A DNA stretch of 64,000 nucleotides from Ignavibacteria bacterium. Lineage in GTDB: Bacteria > Bacteroidota > Ignavibacteria > Palsa-1295. The notes below the pieces were generated by a model. It saw nothing but the letters and a program-made list of their open reading frames with translations. It ran no database searches and had not been told where the DNA came from. The DNA is taken from positions 24,833-88,832 of the forward strand of contig JABDDM010000001.1 in NCBI GenBank assembly GCA_013287605.1, written 5' to 3'. The position numbers and the translations under genes were made by a program. Position 1 is the stretch's first letter; each line of letters starts with the position of its first letter. Positions 46,064 through 56,528 of the stretch are shown in pieces.

Positions 46064-48379
46064 GTGCCGAGTGTCAGCTTTTATTTTATTGAACCTGACT
46101 TCGGAATTACCGTTAGAAAGCGGGTAACGATCCTTGGAGCCATCACCACTATTACGCCGCGACTCTCACATATCGCTCACACTCCCTCCTTTTGTGTAAG
46201 GAGGATTCTCTATGTCCTTACTGCCATTTGTGGTTTTTCTCTGCTTGCTCATCGAGCAGTGGCGCAGGAACTCCCACTCATCACGCATGCGGACAGTCTG
46301 AAGTTAAAGAGCGTGGTGAAACCAGATACAATGCTCCCGACACGAACCACTCCTGCAGGCGAGTACTTCCGGAGGCCGAGTGCTGAACGCACAGGTTCTG
46401 CGATCACTGTTTCTCGCGAGGCGATCCGCTATTATGCCTCTCCATCGACCGTCCCGTTGTTGTTGGAAGAAATTGGAGGACCGTATGCATTGCTGCCAAC
46501 CGAGGCCGGTTATGAGCGCGAAAGCTTCACGCTCACGAACCGCACGAGCGAAGGTCTTACCTCCTCGCTTATCAATGGATCGCTTCCGATCGATGACCCG
46601 ATTACCGGCAACACAGAGTTGAATATGTTTTCGGTTGATGGCTTCGAGCGAATATCGCTCGGTGGCGGTGCGACGGCACTCTCAAAGACGAGTGCCGATC
46701 TTGCGGCATCCGATATGCTCGATATGGAGGTCGAGCGGTTTCGTGCACCGGTGCCTTATTCGCGCGTTCACTACACACAAGCGCTTTCGCAAAGTCTTTC
46801 CAACTTCGAAGGACTTTTTAGCCTCAATGCCTCGCGCGGGACCAATCTTACGTTTGGCATCGATCGGCGGGCAGCGGGGAATTCACCCAATGTGAACGAT
46901 CCAACGTTTAATCCACGAGTCGATCTTTGGTCAGGTCGAGTGCAAATGACATACAATTCTTTTTTAGGGACGATCCACCGCGACAGCACGACCACACAGC
47001 ATGTGGTTGATTCAATCCTGAGCACTCCGTACGCGCTCCAGCATTCGCTCGATTTTCTCATTTGGGGAAATTACACATCTGCGTTCAGCGGACTCAGTGG
47101 TGGTATTTCACCGGCTGATTCAACGACTGATATCTTCAACGCCCAACTCGCACCGACGATCGATCGATCGACCTCCGAGCATCGCATCCGACTTGACGGA
47201 CTCGCCCAGATCGATTTGCCATTCATCGCCACGCTTCGCACACGCATCAGCGCTTACGCAACCTATTCTGCAAGGCGTCTGCTTACCGTCGATTCTGGAT
47301 TTTCTCCTTATACACTCCCGCTTACCGAGGCGAATCGTTTTGGTCTATCACTCGAGCAGCCATTGGGCGTTCATCTGGGTGACTTCCTTACAGAGGCGCG
47401 ACTCAAAGGCGAGATCCAGTCGATGAATCGCTCGGCTATTTCACTCTACAGCAGCGCCGAACATGACTTACGGTTTGCAGCAACTGCCTCAGATTCTATT
47501 GGCATTCAAGGAAACTTTGGCATTAATCTGTTCGGGTTTGTTCGCGCCGTCCAGGACAATTTGACGCTTGGCAGTGATCCGGTTTCTTCATTATTCTTGC
47601 CAAGTGTGGGTCTCGAGGGTTCGATCAAACTGACACAGGCGCTCGGATTTGACGTGAGTTACACTTACCAAAAGGATCGTGCGGTGTTCTCGCCGACACC
47701 TTCCGCGAATTATCAGATTCGCAATATCGGCGCGTTTCTTGATCTACGTTTCGGGGCAGGTTTCCACGATAGCGTTGCGCTTCATGCAGGTGTGCTCGAT
47801 CGACACGAACCGGAAGGCGTCGTGCTGGATTTTCTTGCCGATTCGCTGCAAGCCGTACGATTCTCCAATCAGGATTTGCACACGCAGTCAGCGCAGGTCG
47901 CGCTCGACTTGTACTTTGGGCATTTTCATTTCTCAGGTCTGTTAACGTATTATCCGACGACAAACCCCATCACGCCCCCATCGCCAAATCCGCTCATTGC
48001 AGTGCCACTCAATCAGAAGCTGTTTGGTAATGCAGGCTTTTATTATGAGTCGGAAGTTGGCGAGGGTAATCTTCGACTGTCATTGGGCGGGAGATTGCGT
48101 TTTCTCAATCGTCTCGATCCGCAGCTTACCTACGACCCCGCTTCTGACTATTATCTGTATAAGGGTGCGGCTGCGCGGGCCGGAAAACCACTTGCCGATC
48201 CGAGGATCACAACGGCCAAAGGCATCTTCGATGTGCTCATTTCGACGGAGATCGATCGTCGCGCACAGGTAAACATGGGCTTCCTGAATATTCTTAGCGC
48301 ACCTTATTACAACGTGAGTGTCTATCCACGCCAGGGTTTTGAATGGCGGATCGATGTCACGTGGGCATTCCTTGATTGA
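46064..48379 (+). CDS. large outer-membrane beta-barrel protein (TonB-dependent-receptor-like plug region), start unresolved/possible frameshift
   Basis: The long ORF carries the signal-like segment ILYVLTAICGFSLLAHRAVAQ, a plug-like SAITVSREAIRYYASPSTVPLLLEEIGG, and then ~650 aa of beta-strand pattern. The only in-frame canonical start after dxr is GTG 46064. An SD+ATG lies at 46198-46214 in another frame (see findings). Confidence 0.7.
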   Translation: MPSVSFYFIEPDFGITVRKRVTILGAITTITPRLSHIAHTPSFCVRRILYVLTAICGFSLLAHRAVAQELPLITHADSLKLKSVVKPDTMLPTRTTPAGEYFRRPSAERTGSAITVSREAIRYYASPSTVPLLLEEIGGPYALLPTEAGYERESFTLTNRTSEGLTSSLINGSLPIDDPITGNTELNMFSVDGFERISLGGGATALSKTSADLAASDMLDMEVERFRAPVPYSRVHYTQALSQSLSNFEGLFSLNASRGTNLTFGIDRRAAGNSPNVNDPTFNPRVDLWSGRVQMTYNSFLGTIHRDSTTTQHVVDSILSTPYALQHSLDFLIWGNYTSAFSGLSGGISPADSTTDIFNAQLAPTIDRSTSEHRIRLDGLAQIDLPFIATLRTRISAYATYSARRLLTVDSGFSPYTLPLTEANRFGLSLEQPLGVHLGDFLTEARLKGEIQSMNRSAISLYSSAEHDLRFAATASDSIGIQGNFGINLFGFVRAVQDNLTLGSDPVSSLFLPSVGLEGSIKLTQALGFDVSYTYQKDRAVFSPTPSANYQIRNIGAFLDLRFGAGFHDSVALHAGVLDRHEPEGVVLDFLADSLQAVRFSNQDLHTQSAQVALDLYFGHFHFSGLLTYYPTTNPITPPSPNPLIAVPLNQKLFGNAGFYYESEVGEGNLRLSLGGRLRFLNRLDPQLTYDPASDYYLYKGAAARAGKPLADPRITTAKGIFDVLISTEIDRRAQVNMGFLNILSAPYYNVSVYPRQGFEWRIDVTWAFLD

Positions 48380-48382
48380 GCA

Positions 48383-48952
48383 ATGAAGAAGCTCATCACT
48401 ATTTTTGGTCCGGGGAATGTCGAGAGCGATCATCCGCTTTATCGAGAAGCTGAGCAACTCGGTACGCTATTGGGAGAGGCTGGCTTCAATGTTGTGACCG
48501 GCGGCTACGGCGGTGTGATGGAAGCAGCGTCGAAGGGAGCGCAGATGACCGGCGTGAAAGTCATCGGGGTGACGGCTGAAGTTTACTTTGCACGAGGACG
48601 AGAGCCGAATGCGTTCATCTCACGGGAGATTAAAGTCAAGAGCGCCGTCGATCGGTTGATGGAGTTGATCGATCTTGCAGATGCATCCGTTGCCATTGGT
48701 GCATCGCCGGGCACATTGATCGAGGTAATGACCGTTTGGGATTACATGCTAAAAAACTTTATCACACCGCGACCGATGATACTTGTTGGTCAAGCGTGGA
48801 GTGCCGTTGCTCATGTCTTCGACAATGATGCATTGCTTCAACATCATCGCGATCGATTGACGTATGTACCCGATGTGCCAGGCGCAGTCGAGCTTCTGCA
48901 AGAGCATTTCGGCGCGTCGGACAATCTACCAGAACTTACGCTACTTCAATAG
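48383..48952 (+). CDS. LOG/TIGR00725 family Rossmann-fold protein
   Basis: ITIFGPG..., VVTGGYGGVMEAASKGA and GASPGTL.E motifs. The ATG is 3 nt after the barrel gene stop. Confidence 0.8.
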   Translation: MKKLITIFGPGNVESDHPLYREAEQLGTLLGEAGFNVVTGGYGGVMEAASKGAQMTGVKVIGVTAEVYFARGREPNAFISREIKVKSAVDRLMELIDLADASVAIGASPGTLIEVMTVWDYMLKNFITPRPMILVGQAWSAVAHVFDNDALLQHHRDRLTYVPDVPGAVELLQEHFGASDNLPELTLLQ

Positions 48953-48958
48953 AGCAGA

Positions 48959-49864
48959 ATGCCAGAATCACGACGACCTCAGAGTAACCGACCACCATTT
49001 AAGCGCAGCGTACCAGGTACACGCAGCGAGCCTGTGGGTTTTCGACGGCCGGATAGTGTTCGTCCGAGGCGCGATGACGCACGACCAAACCGCGAAGCAC
49101 CTGAATCTGATGGCCTGTATGTCGTCGGACGACGCCCAGTGCTTGAATTACTCAAGAGCGAGGAAGGCCGACAGAAGATCGAAAAGATCTATGTCGCTCA
49201 TGGCGTCCAGGGCCCGCAGATCGTTGAGATCGTTTCAATGCTTCGCAAGCACCGCCTGGCACACACTGAACTCGATCGGGGCAAGTTCAGAGATCTTGAA
49301 TTGCGCAGCGCGGATAATACCGATTCGCAAGGTGTCATCGCGCTCATCTCCAAGCGCACGTATCAAACCATCGATGAAGTAATGGAGAAATGCGCCGGCC
49401 GTCCCGCCCTGCTCATTGCGCTTGACGGTGTTGAGGATCCCCATAATGTAGGCGCGGTCCTGCGTTCAGCCGAAGCAGGCGGCGCAGATGCAGTGCTGCT
49501 CCATCAGAAGCGTTCGGCTCTCACGCCTGCAGTGTATAAGACAAGCGCCGGCGCCGCTGAGCATGTTGCTATCATCAAGTATGGCAACCTCGATCAAACG
49601 ATGCGCGATCTACGCGAGCGATTTGGTTTCCAGATCCTGGGACTCGCAAGTGAAGGGACCAAGACGATCTACGAAACGGACTTCCGCCAGCCGACACTAC
49701 TCGTCACCGGAAGCGAAGAAAAAGGACTCCACCATTTAACTCGTGAGCGCTGTGACGAGCTGATCAAAATTCCGCTTCGAGGAAAAACTGAATCGCTGAA
49801 CGCCAGCGTGGCGACGGCTGTCGTGCTCTTTGAAGCACTCAGGCAGCGTGCGACGGGGCAGTAA
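48959..49864 (+). CDS. rlmB: 23S rRNA (guanosine-2'-O)-methyltransferase RlmB (SpoU/TrmH family) with Arg-rich N-terminal extension
   Basis: SpoU substrate-binding domain, then DGVEDPHNVGAVLRSA, LVTGSEEKGL and IPLRGKTESLNASVA motifs. Confidence 0.9.
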   Translation: MPESRRPQSNRPPFKRSVPGTRSEPVGFRRPDSVRPRRDDARPNREAPESDGLYVVGRRPVLELLKSEEGRQKIEKIYVAHGVQGPQIVEIVSMLRKHRLAHTELDRGKFRDLELRSADNTDSQGVIALISKRTYQTIDEVMEKCAGRPALLIALDGVEDPHNVGAVLRSAEAGGADAVLLHQKRSALTPAVYKTSAGAAEHVAIIKYGNLDQTMRDLRERFGFQILGLASEGTKTIYETDFRQPTLLVTGSEEKGLHHLTRERCDELIKIPLRGKTESLNASVATAVVLFEALRQRATGQ

Positions 49865-49867
49865 TTA

Positions 49868-52126
49868 TCATTCTTCAACGAGCCTGAAATCCATCTGACG
49901 TTTTTCTTCAAGAACTTTGACGAGCTGAACGCGTATCTTGTCGCCGATACGATATCGATCGGCACCGTTCGTTTTTTCTTTCTCCCACGGTCGAAGCTTT
50001 TTACGTCCACGGTTGCCGCGATGCTCTCTTGAGAGGCTGTGATGCGCTTCGTCGAATGTGTAAAAGCCTGGCAGTTCGCGGATGTGCAGTAAACCTTCTG
50101 CGCCAGTCTCGATCTCGATAAAAACTCCGAAGTGGGTCACTCCTGTGATGATGCCGTCAAATTCTTCACCTACATGCGGCTTCATTAGCAGCATCTGTGC
50201 GACCTTGATCGACTCGCGTTCAGCTTCTGTGGCACGGCGTTCGAGTGCGCTGGTTTGATCTGCGATCTCCGGCAGGATTTGATAGTAATGGTGCTCACGC
50301 TTGCGCTCCATCCCGGCGCCGGTGAGATATTCGAAGAGCATGCGATGCACGATCAGATCAGGATAACGCCTGATCGGCGAGGTGAAATGCGTGTAATGCG
50401 TGAAGGCAAGTCCAAAATGCCCAACATTATGCTCGGCATAAACAGCTTTTGCCATCGAACGGAGCATGAGTTGATTCAGCATTTTCTCTTCAGGCTTGCC
50501 TTTGATGCTATCGAGAAATTTCTGTATCGTCTTTGGCTGCGCATTCTCCGGTGAGAGTTTGTACCCTAACCCTTTCGCGAGTTCGGCAAGATCGCGAAGC
50601 TTGCTTGGATCGGGATCCGCGTGGATGCGATAGAGAAACGGCCGCTCGCTTCCCTCTTTGGCTTTTGTCGAAATGAACTCAGCGATCGCGCGATTTGCAG
50701 CGAGCATGAAATCTTCGATCATTCGCATCGAGCCAAGCCTGACTTTCTTCAAGCTCTCGATCGGCACACCGTTCTCGTCAAATATGAATCGAACTTCGTC
50801 GGTCTCGAAGTCGATCGATCCTTCGGCATGCCGTCGCTCGTACATCTGTTCGCTCAGCTTTTTCATACGCTTTAGCAGCGCAGCATGCTTGCCTTTTCCC
50901 GAGGTCGTTCGCTTTTCTGCTTCCTCGTACGTAAAGCGCATTGCACTGCGAATAACGCTCTTCTTGATCTCGGAAGAGATCACCTCAGCCGTCTCGGGAT
51001 TCATCTTCAGGAATACCGAGTAAGTAAGTTTGTCTTCATCGGGACGAAGCGAGCAAAGCTCGTTGGAGATCTTTTCCGGAAGCATTGGAATCACACCTCC
51101 GACGAGATAGACCGATGTTCCACGTGCGAGCGCTTCATCATCGAGCGCTGTCCCTTCCTGAACGTAATGACTGACATCGGCAATGTGGACGCCAAGCGTT
51201 ACGGTGCCATCGTCGTTCTCTTCGAGTGAAACCGCATCGTCAAAATCCTTCGCATCTTCAGGATCGATCGTGATGATCGTCTTTTTTCGGAGATCAACTC
51301 GTTTCTTGATCTCCTCCGGGCTGATCGTTATCGGGATCGTTGCCAATTCATCGAGCACGGCTTTGGGAAATTCGCCTGGAAGCCCCAACTCCTCTGCGAT
51401 GGCCTTCATTTCTGACTCTATTGTCACTGGCGGGCCGACTTCCACAAACCGATCGCCCGTCTGCGTGCGCCGAGCACGTCCAAGTGCTCCGTTGACAGGC
51501 AGCTTACGTGATCGCTTCCCAAGTTGTTGCTCGGCATCGAGCCTAATATTTCGATCGAACTTTGCCGGTTCAGTCATTACGACGAGTTGTTCTTCACGCG
51601 TCCGCTCGACGCGCCCTATTACAGGCCGCGTTGAGTGCTCCAGCACTCGAATGATCTCCCCATGCGGACGCTCGCCGCGCTTTGTCTTGGCAATGGTCAC
51701 GCGCACATGATCTCCATCCTGCGCTCGCTGAAGATGCTTCGCGCGAATGAGTACTGTGTCCTTCAGATCATGATGCGCATCCGGCGTAACGATACCGTTG
51801 CCGGTTGACTGCATGCGTAACGTACCTTCGATCGTGCTTATTTCGGGAGGTGGGATACCATACCGTCGGCGGCTTCCGCGTACGATCTTGCCGCTCGTTT
51901 CCAACTCCCTGAGCGTATCGCGCAACGATTGGTATTCGGCATGATCGGATTTGACCCCGATGATCTTCGAGATCTCATTGGTCTTGAAGAGACCGCCCCG
52001 ATGTTCTTTGAACATCTCAAGGAGTCTGCTCTCCATGGGGAGTGCTGCCGATACCTTTGTCAGGTGACGGCCCGATGTTTTGGCCTTCAAAGGAGGCTTT
52101 GCTGCGTTCGGATGAGTTTTTGACAC
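49868..52126 (-). CDS. rnr: ribonuclease R
   Basis: RNB domain motifs (TIDPEDAKDFDDA, HFGL..YTHFTSPIRRYPDL) and a C-terminal S1 domain (GIITGVTHFGVFIEI). GTG start at 52126. Confidence 0.95.
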   Translation of the reverse strand: MSKTHPNAAKPPLKAKTSGRHLTKVSAALPMESRLLEMFKEHRGGLFKTNEISKIIGVKSDHAEYQSLRDTLRELETSGKIVRGSRRRYGIPPPEISTIEGTLRMQSTGNGIVTPDAHHDLKDTVLIRAKHLQRAQDGDHVRVTIAKTKRGERPHGEIIRVLEHSTRPVIGRVERTREEQLVVMTEPAKFDRNIRLDAEQQLGKRSRKLPVNGALGRARRTQTGDRFVEVGPPVTIESEMKAIAEELGLPGEFPKAVLDELATIPITISPEEIKKRVDLRKKTIITIDPEDAKDFDDAVSLEENDDGTVTLGVHIADVSHYVQEGTALDDEALARGTSVYLVGGVIPMLPEKISNELCSLRPDEDKLTYSVFLKMNPETAEVISSEIKKSVIRSAMRFTYEEAEKRTTSGKGKHAALLKRMKKLSEQMYERRHAEGSIDFETDEVRFIFDENGVPIESLKKVRLGSMRMIEDFMLAANRAIAEFISTKAKEGSERPFLYRIHADPDPSKLRDLAELAKGLGYKLSPENAQPKTIQKFLDSIKGKPEEKMLNQLMLRSMAKAVYAEHNVGHFGLAFTHYTHFTSPIRRYPDLIVHRMLFEYLTGAGMERKREHHYYQILPEIADQTSALERRATEAERESIKVAQMLLMKPHVGEEFDGIITGVTHFGVFIEIETGAEGLLHIRELPGFYTFDEAHHSLSREHRGNRGRKKLRPWEKEKTNGADRYRIGDKIRVQLVKVLEEKRQMDFRLVEE

Positions 52127-52212
52127 AGTGAGAGAGTTATCAATTAGTAGACCAACGCGAACCTCGAGAATGTTGCATCATTGGTGCAACCCGGAATTGA
52201 CCTCCCAAAAGT

Positions 52213-53028
52213 CTAACGAGCGCTCTCGAATTTCTTTACATCAAAGTATTTTGCGACTTCGAGAAGATGGTCACGCGAGGTCGCGGGCTGTTCGCGAAAT
52301 TGCACAAGTCGGTGATCGCCAACGACGAGCGACAGCGTTGCAATATGCTCGCTCGGGATGTAGGAACTGGCTCCGATCGTCCCGTTGACATGCACTTCAT
52401 ACGCTGTCAGCACTTCGCCTGACGGACTTACCGAGATCTTCTTTCCATCGTTCGCTTCAAGGCTCATGATCTCCTTGATCATCAAATCGGCATAGCGCTC
52501 ATCCTGATCAACGATCGTGAGTCGAATCGTTTGATTCGAATCGTTGGCATTTCGGTAAATGGCTGTTGACTTCGAGACAACTCCAGGCACATCCCGACTA
52601 AATAGACGCGATTCATCGCGACGATATCCCGGAATCGTCGGATGGAGCTTTGCAAGCTGTGTGGATGACATGATCGGCATTGTTCCGATCGGCATCTGGC
52701 TCTTCGAGGGTCCAGTCTGACCAGTCTGAGGGCCCTGAGGAGTGTGAGGGGTCAGCGGGATTGGCGGCTTGGACTCAGGATCGTCCTCGGACAACATCAC
52801 GATTCCACCAGGGCCCGGTGCAGGGATTACTTGGTCATTCGTCTCGGCCTGTGCACTTTTCCCTGAGTGTGCATTGGATGAAGAGTCCGTTTTACTAACG
52901 ATCGTCTGGCTGCTTGAATGTGTCGAATCGATGGTTGGCACTGGATCATCATGCCGGGTGCATCCATCCAGCGTGAGGCCTCCGAGGACCAGCACGGTAA
53001 CGCAAAAAAATGAGAGTTTCAGCGGCAT
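52213..53028 (-). CDS. hypothetical lipoprotein with long disordered linker
   Basis: Lipobox LDGC after ATG 53028. A Ser/Pro/Gln-rich ~110-aa linker is followed by a ~140-aa globular domain. Confidence 0.65.
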   Translation of the reverse strand: MPLKLSFFCVTVLVLGGLTLDGCTRHDDPVPTIDSTHSSSQTIVSKTDSSSNAHSGKSAQAETNDQVIPAPGPGGIVMLSEDDPESKPPIPLTPHTPQGPQTGQTGPSKSQMPIGTMPIMSSTQLAKLHPTIPGYRRDESRLFSRDVPGVVSKSTAIYRNANDSNQTIRLTIVDQDERYADLMIKEIMSLEANDGKKISVSPSGEVLTAYEVHVNGTIGASSYIPSEHIATLSLVVGDHRLVQFREQPATSRDHLLEVAKYFDVKKFESAR

Positions 53029-53268
53029 AAGAGAAATTGATCGAGACACTTCTAACGCAGGGCAATGCAGTCGGTTTCCCGGCTTGAGGAGTCCGGGTCT
53101 GTTAAGCCACTGTTTTCGACTTGGAAAATGGCAAATTACTTAGTATTTTGTGTACGGTAGTTCACGCGAATGGTTGTGCGCCGACTCTGCTATTTTCCTG
53201 AGACCCTGTGAGTTGTGTGCGAGGCGCACAAAGGTATTCGATCCTTTCACCAGTTAAACGTCACACCT

Positions 53269-53880
53269 ATGCAAATCGGCAGATCAGTACAGATCGTAAC
53301 ACAGGAGACCACGGAGTGGCCACGGTTTATGGCCGAAGAGAATGAACGTGCGGCGCTCATTCGTTATGGTATCACCCTGATCATTGCTGCCAATGTCGCG
53401 CAGGCAATCGGCAGCATGATTGTCACTGCAGGCTTTGCCTTCATTGGCTTGTGGGCTCCCTATTTTCTCGCAATGCATGCGCTGCGGCTCGCCTTTGAGA
53501 TCACGGCGCTCTTCTTTGTTCCGAAGATTCTCTCAACGCTGGCTCCAAGCTTCGGCGGCTCAAAGAATGAACTCAGTGCGCTAAAGCTTTACGTCTACGC
53601 GATGACACCGGCATGGCTCGGAATGGTACTCATGTTTATTCCGATCCTCGGCTGGATTGCAGCGCTCGCAGGCGGCATCTATGCGTTCTATCTTTTCTGG
53701 ATGCATTCAGCCGAAGCGATGACCGTTCCCGAAGACAAGAAAGTTGGCTATGTTCTGTTTTCGATTCTTATTGTCGCCGTGATTTACTGGATCATCACAC
53801 TGATCGTTACCGCGATTGTTACGGCCATGTTTCTCGGCGGCCTTTACTCTACTGGTTGGCACTCCGGACCCGGTTTGTAG
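53269..53880 (+). CDS. Yip1-domain family membrane protein
   Basis: 5 TM helices. FGGSKNELSALKLYVYAMTPAWL..IPILGWIAALAGGIYAFYLFW resembles the Yip1/DUF1282 pattern. ATG 53269 (track ORF extends to 53215). Confidence 0.6.
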   Translation: MQIGRSVQIVTQETTEWPRFMAEENERAALIRYGITLIIAANVAQAIGSMIVTAGFAFIGLWAPYFLAMHALRLAFEITALFFVPKILSTLAPSFGGSKNELSALKLYVYAMTPAWLGMVLMFIPILGWIAALAGGIYAFYLFWMHSAEAMTVPEDKKVGYVLFSILIVAVIYWIITLIVTAIVTAMFLGGLYSTGWHSGPGL

Positions 53881-53907
53881 TCCCTCCAATAGACTGAAAA
53901 TTGCATC

Positions 53908-53938
53908 GCCTCTGAAGGAAACTTCAGAGGCTTTTTTT
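53908..53938 (+). terminator. rho-independent terminator
   Basis: gcctctgaag / cttcagaggc 10-bp stem, GAAA loop, then T7 run. Confidence 0.9.
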
Positions 53939-54485
53939 GCACCATCGGCGATTCCTCACTCAACGATATGGAAGAGATCATCATCTCCTATCGTAAGAAC
54001 TCTCCCAACTTGAATCCAAATCTCTTTACCTGAGAGAAACATTTTTCCGCTGTCAGCGTCAAATACGGGCCAGTTTCAGCAAAAGTCCATATTTTTGTGA
54101 AGAGATTGCTTTCTGGCACCAAACGGCTTTCCGTTGGCGAGGATTTTGATTAAGAGCTTTCCAGACAACTTTTACAGCGTCGAGAGGCGCTGGCAGAGAA
54201 GAGATCAGTGAGGAGGATTCGAAATATATGAGCGGACCGCCTCTCGAGATCAAGCTAATTCCAGACCTTCTTATTTACTTAAGAATTGCGAGGAAGAGCT
54301 CTAGACTAAGCGCATCAACGACCTGAATTTCTAACACCCTTGCGGTGGAAGAGCGAACTTCAGCTCAGGTCTCGAACAAGATGTGACAGGGTAAGCCCCG
54401 CACCGTTCGGACCAGCCCACAGGTAAACGACATTCGTTGCCTGTACGCCGCGAGACTTGTTTTACACTTGAAAATTACACGTGCC

Positions 54486-56426
54486 ATGCTTATAAAATCA
54501 ATTCGTCGGATTCTCGGTATGTCCGCCCTGGCGCTCTGTGCGTCGCTAGCGGTTGTATCGTCGAATGCCAGTGCTCAAACTGGAATGACCGATAAGCCGA
54601 CCTGGCCAACGCATACAACACTTGGCTTTGGCGGCGGCGCTGACCTTAACTTTCCTTCGTCGGGAATCTACACACTCGACAATGTCCAATACCAACATGG
54701 ACCGGGATTTCCTAATTTCGAGTTCCACTTGCTCGGTGAATTCCCGATTGCAACGAACCTCATGTTCGCGCCTCGCATTGCTTACAACGATTTCAGCACT
54801 CGCTGGGATGACGGTGTAGCAAACCCAGGTGGAATGACCGCGGGCGCACCTGGTTCGAGCGTGAAAGATCTTGGTGTCGCATTCCAGACAATTGGCGCAG
54901 ACATTCTATTTAAGTATTCGCTCAGCAATTTTCATTTGATGCTGGGACCCCATTTCTCGACACCGATCAAGTACAGCTATGCACATAGCTCGAATATTAC
55001 CGATGCGAGTAACTCGGGTGTGAATATTCCTGAAGTTGCAAAATTTATTGCAGCGATCAAGGGGGGTATCGGTTACGACATTCCGCTCAATTCAAAGAAT
55101 ACGATCTGGCTCACGCCTGAAGCATTCTACGATTACTTCCTTACCGATTTTTCGCAGAAGCATGACAAGAGCGAGTATTTTATCTCGACAGTTCAGGCCG
55201 GACTTAGCTTAAAGTTCGATGTCGGCAGCGAACCGCCGCCGCCGCCGCCTGTTGCAGCAATCGAGGTTTCGATCACCGCTCGTGGCGTATTGCCGGATAA
55301 CACTCCGACACCAGAGCCGATCGTACCACAGCAGGGTTTGCATAGCCGCTCTTCAATGCCGCTGCTTCCATATGTTTTCTTTGCAAGCAACGATGCATCG
55401 GTACCGGCTCGCTATAGCCGTATGGGATCGACTGGCTTCACGACCGAATCCCTCAAGGATAAGAACGAGGTGGATGGTAACCATGCGGTACTCGATATCG
55501 TCGGCGCGCGCTTGAAACAGTATCCGCAAGCTACTGTGACGATCACTGGAACAAACGAGAATGCTGGTCAGGAAAAGAACAATATCAATCTTTCGAAGGC
55601 ACGTGCAATGGCGGTGCGCGATTATCTCGTCAATACCTGGGGTATCGATGCAAGCCGCGTCACGGTCGATCAACGTAATCTTCCTGAACTTCCGACCAAT
55701 CCTGTAACCAAGGCGGGCAGAGAAGAGAATCGTCGCGCAGAGATCGCTTCTGCTGACAGCCGCGTCACCGGACCCGTCGTCATTGAGACACGCACGAACA
55801 ATACCGTTGGTGAAACGATCGTCCGTTTTGAGACGACCATTCGTCCGACGGATGTTCAGTACAAGGATTGGACGATCACCCTGGACGATAACGGTACGCA
55901 GATCGGTCAGCCCCTCACAGGGACTGGAATGCCGCCTGCAACAACAACTGCTGTAATCGCGGATGCATCTTCATACGTCAACAAGCCGGTCCATTATAAG
56001 ATCGTTGTGAATACAATGGACGGACGTCAGGCTGTGTCGGATGGTATGACCCGTGTCGTAACACGTACTGTCGACCGCGAGAACCTCGAGCGCTATGCAA
56101 TGCTTAGCTTCGACTTCAACACTGCCGACATCAACGCACGTGCTCGTCAAATGCTCGACCTCATTTCCGAGAGTATTTCTCGTGATGCGACGGGCGTAAA
56201 CGTGACCGGCTATTGCGATAGTACTGGCACTGCGGAATACAACCAGGCTTTGAGCGAACAGCGTGCGAATTCCGCCGTTACCGCTCTGCGCGCAACGACC
56301 AAACTTCCGGCGAACACCAATGTTCACGGTGTTGGTCTCCGCGATCCAAAATTCGCGAATGAACTTCCGGAAGGACGTCAGCTTAACCGCCGCGTTGAAG
56401 TTCAGATCGATAAGTCCAGCAAATAA
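54486..56426 (+). CDS. OmpA family outer membrane protein (N-terminal barrel plus two OmpA-like peptidoglycan-binding domains)
   Basis: Signal peptide ..SNASAQ, beta-barrel region, and a PPPPPP hinge. Two OmpA_C motifs: NINLSKARAMAVRDYL..ENRRAEI and NQALSEQRANSAVTAL..LNRRVEVQI. Confidence 0.9.
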   Translation: MLIKSIRRILGMSALALCASLAVVSSNASAQTGMTDKPTWPTHTTLGFGGGADLNFPSSGIYTLDNVQYQHGPGFPNFEFHLLGEFPIATNLMFAPRIAYNDFSTRWDDGVANPGGMTAGAPGSSVKDLGVAFQTIGADILFKYSLSNFHLMLGPHFSTPIKYSYAHSSNITDASNSGVNIPEVAKFIAAIKGGIGYDIPLNSKNTIWLTPEAFYDYFLTDFSQKHDKSEYFISTVQAGLSLKFDVGSEPPPPPPVAAIEVSITARGVLPDNTPTPEPIVPQQGLHSRSSMPLLPYVFFASNDASVPARYSRMGSTGFTTESLKDKNEVDGNHAVLDIVGARLKQYPQATVTITGTNENAGQEKNNINLSKARAMAVRDYLVNTWGIDASRVTVDQRNLPELPTNPVTKAGREENRRAEIASADSRVTGPVVIETRTNNTVGETIVRFETTIRPTDVQYKDWTITLDDNGTQIGQPLTGTGMPPATTTAVIADASSYVNKPVHYKIVVNTMDGRQAVSDGMTRVVTRTVDRENLERYAMLSFDFNTADINARARQMLDLISESISRDATGVNVTGYCDSTGTAEYNQALSEQRANSAVTALRATTKLPANTNVHGVGLRDPKFANELPEGRQLNRRVEVQIDKSSK

Positions 56427-56451
56427 TTACACCGGGGTAATGCTGCACGAA

Positions 56452-56484
56452 GAAGGGCGCCGCTATCGGCGCCCTTCGTTTATT
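56452..56484 (+). terminator. rho-independent terminator
   Basis: gaagggcgccg / cggcgcccttc 11-bp GC-rich stem, 4-nt loop, followed by gtttatt. Confidence 0.85.
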
Positions 56485-56528
56485 GTCGAAATGAATTTCA
56501 CAACATTTCGTGTTGATAGTTTTGAGAA

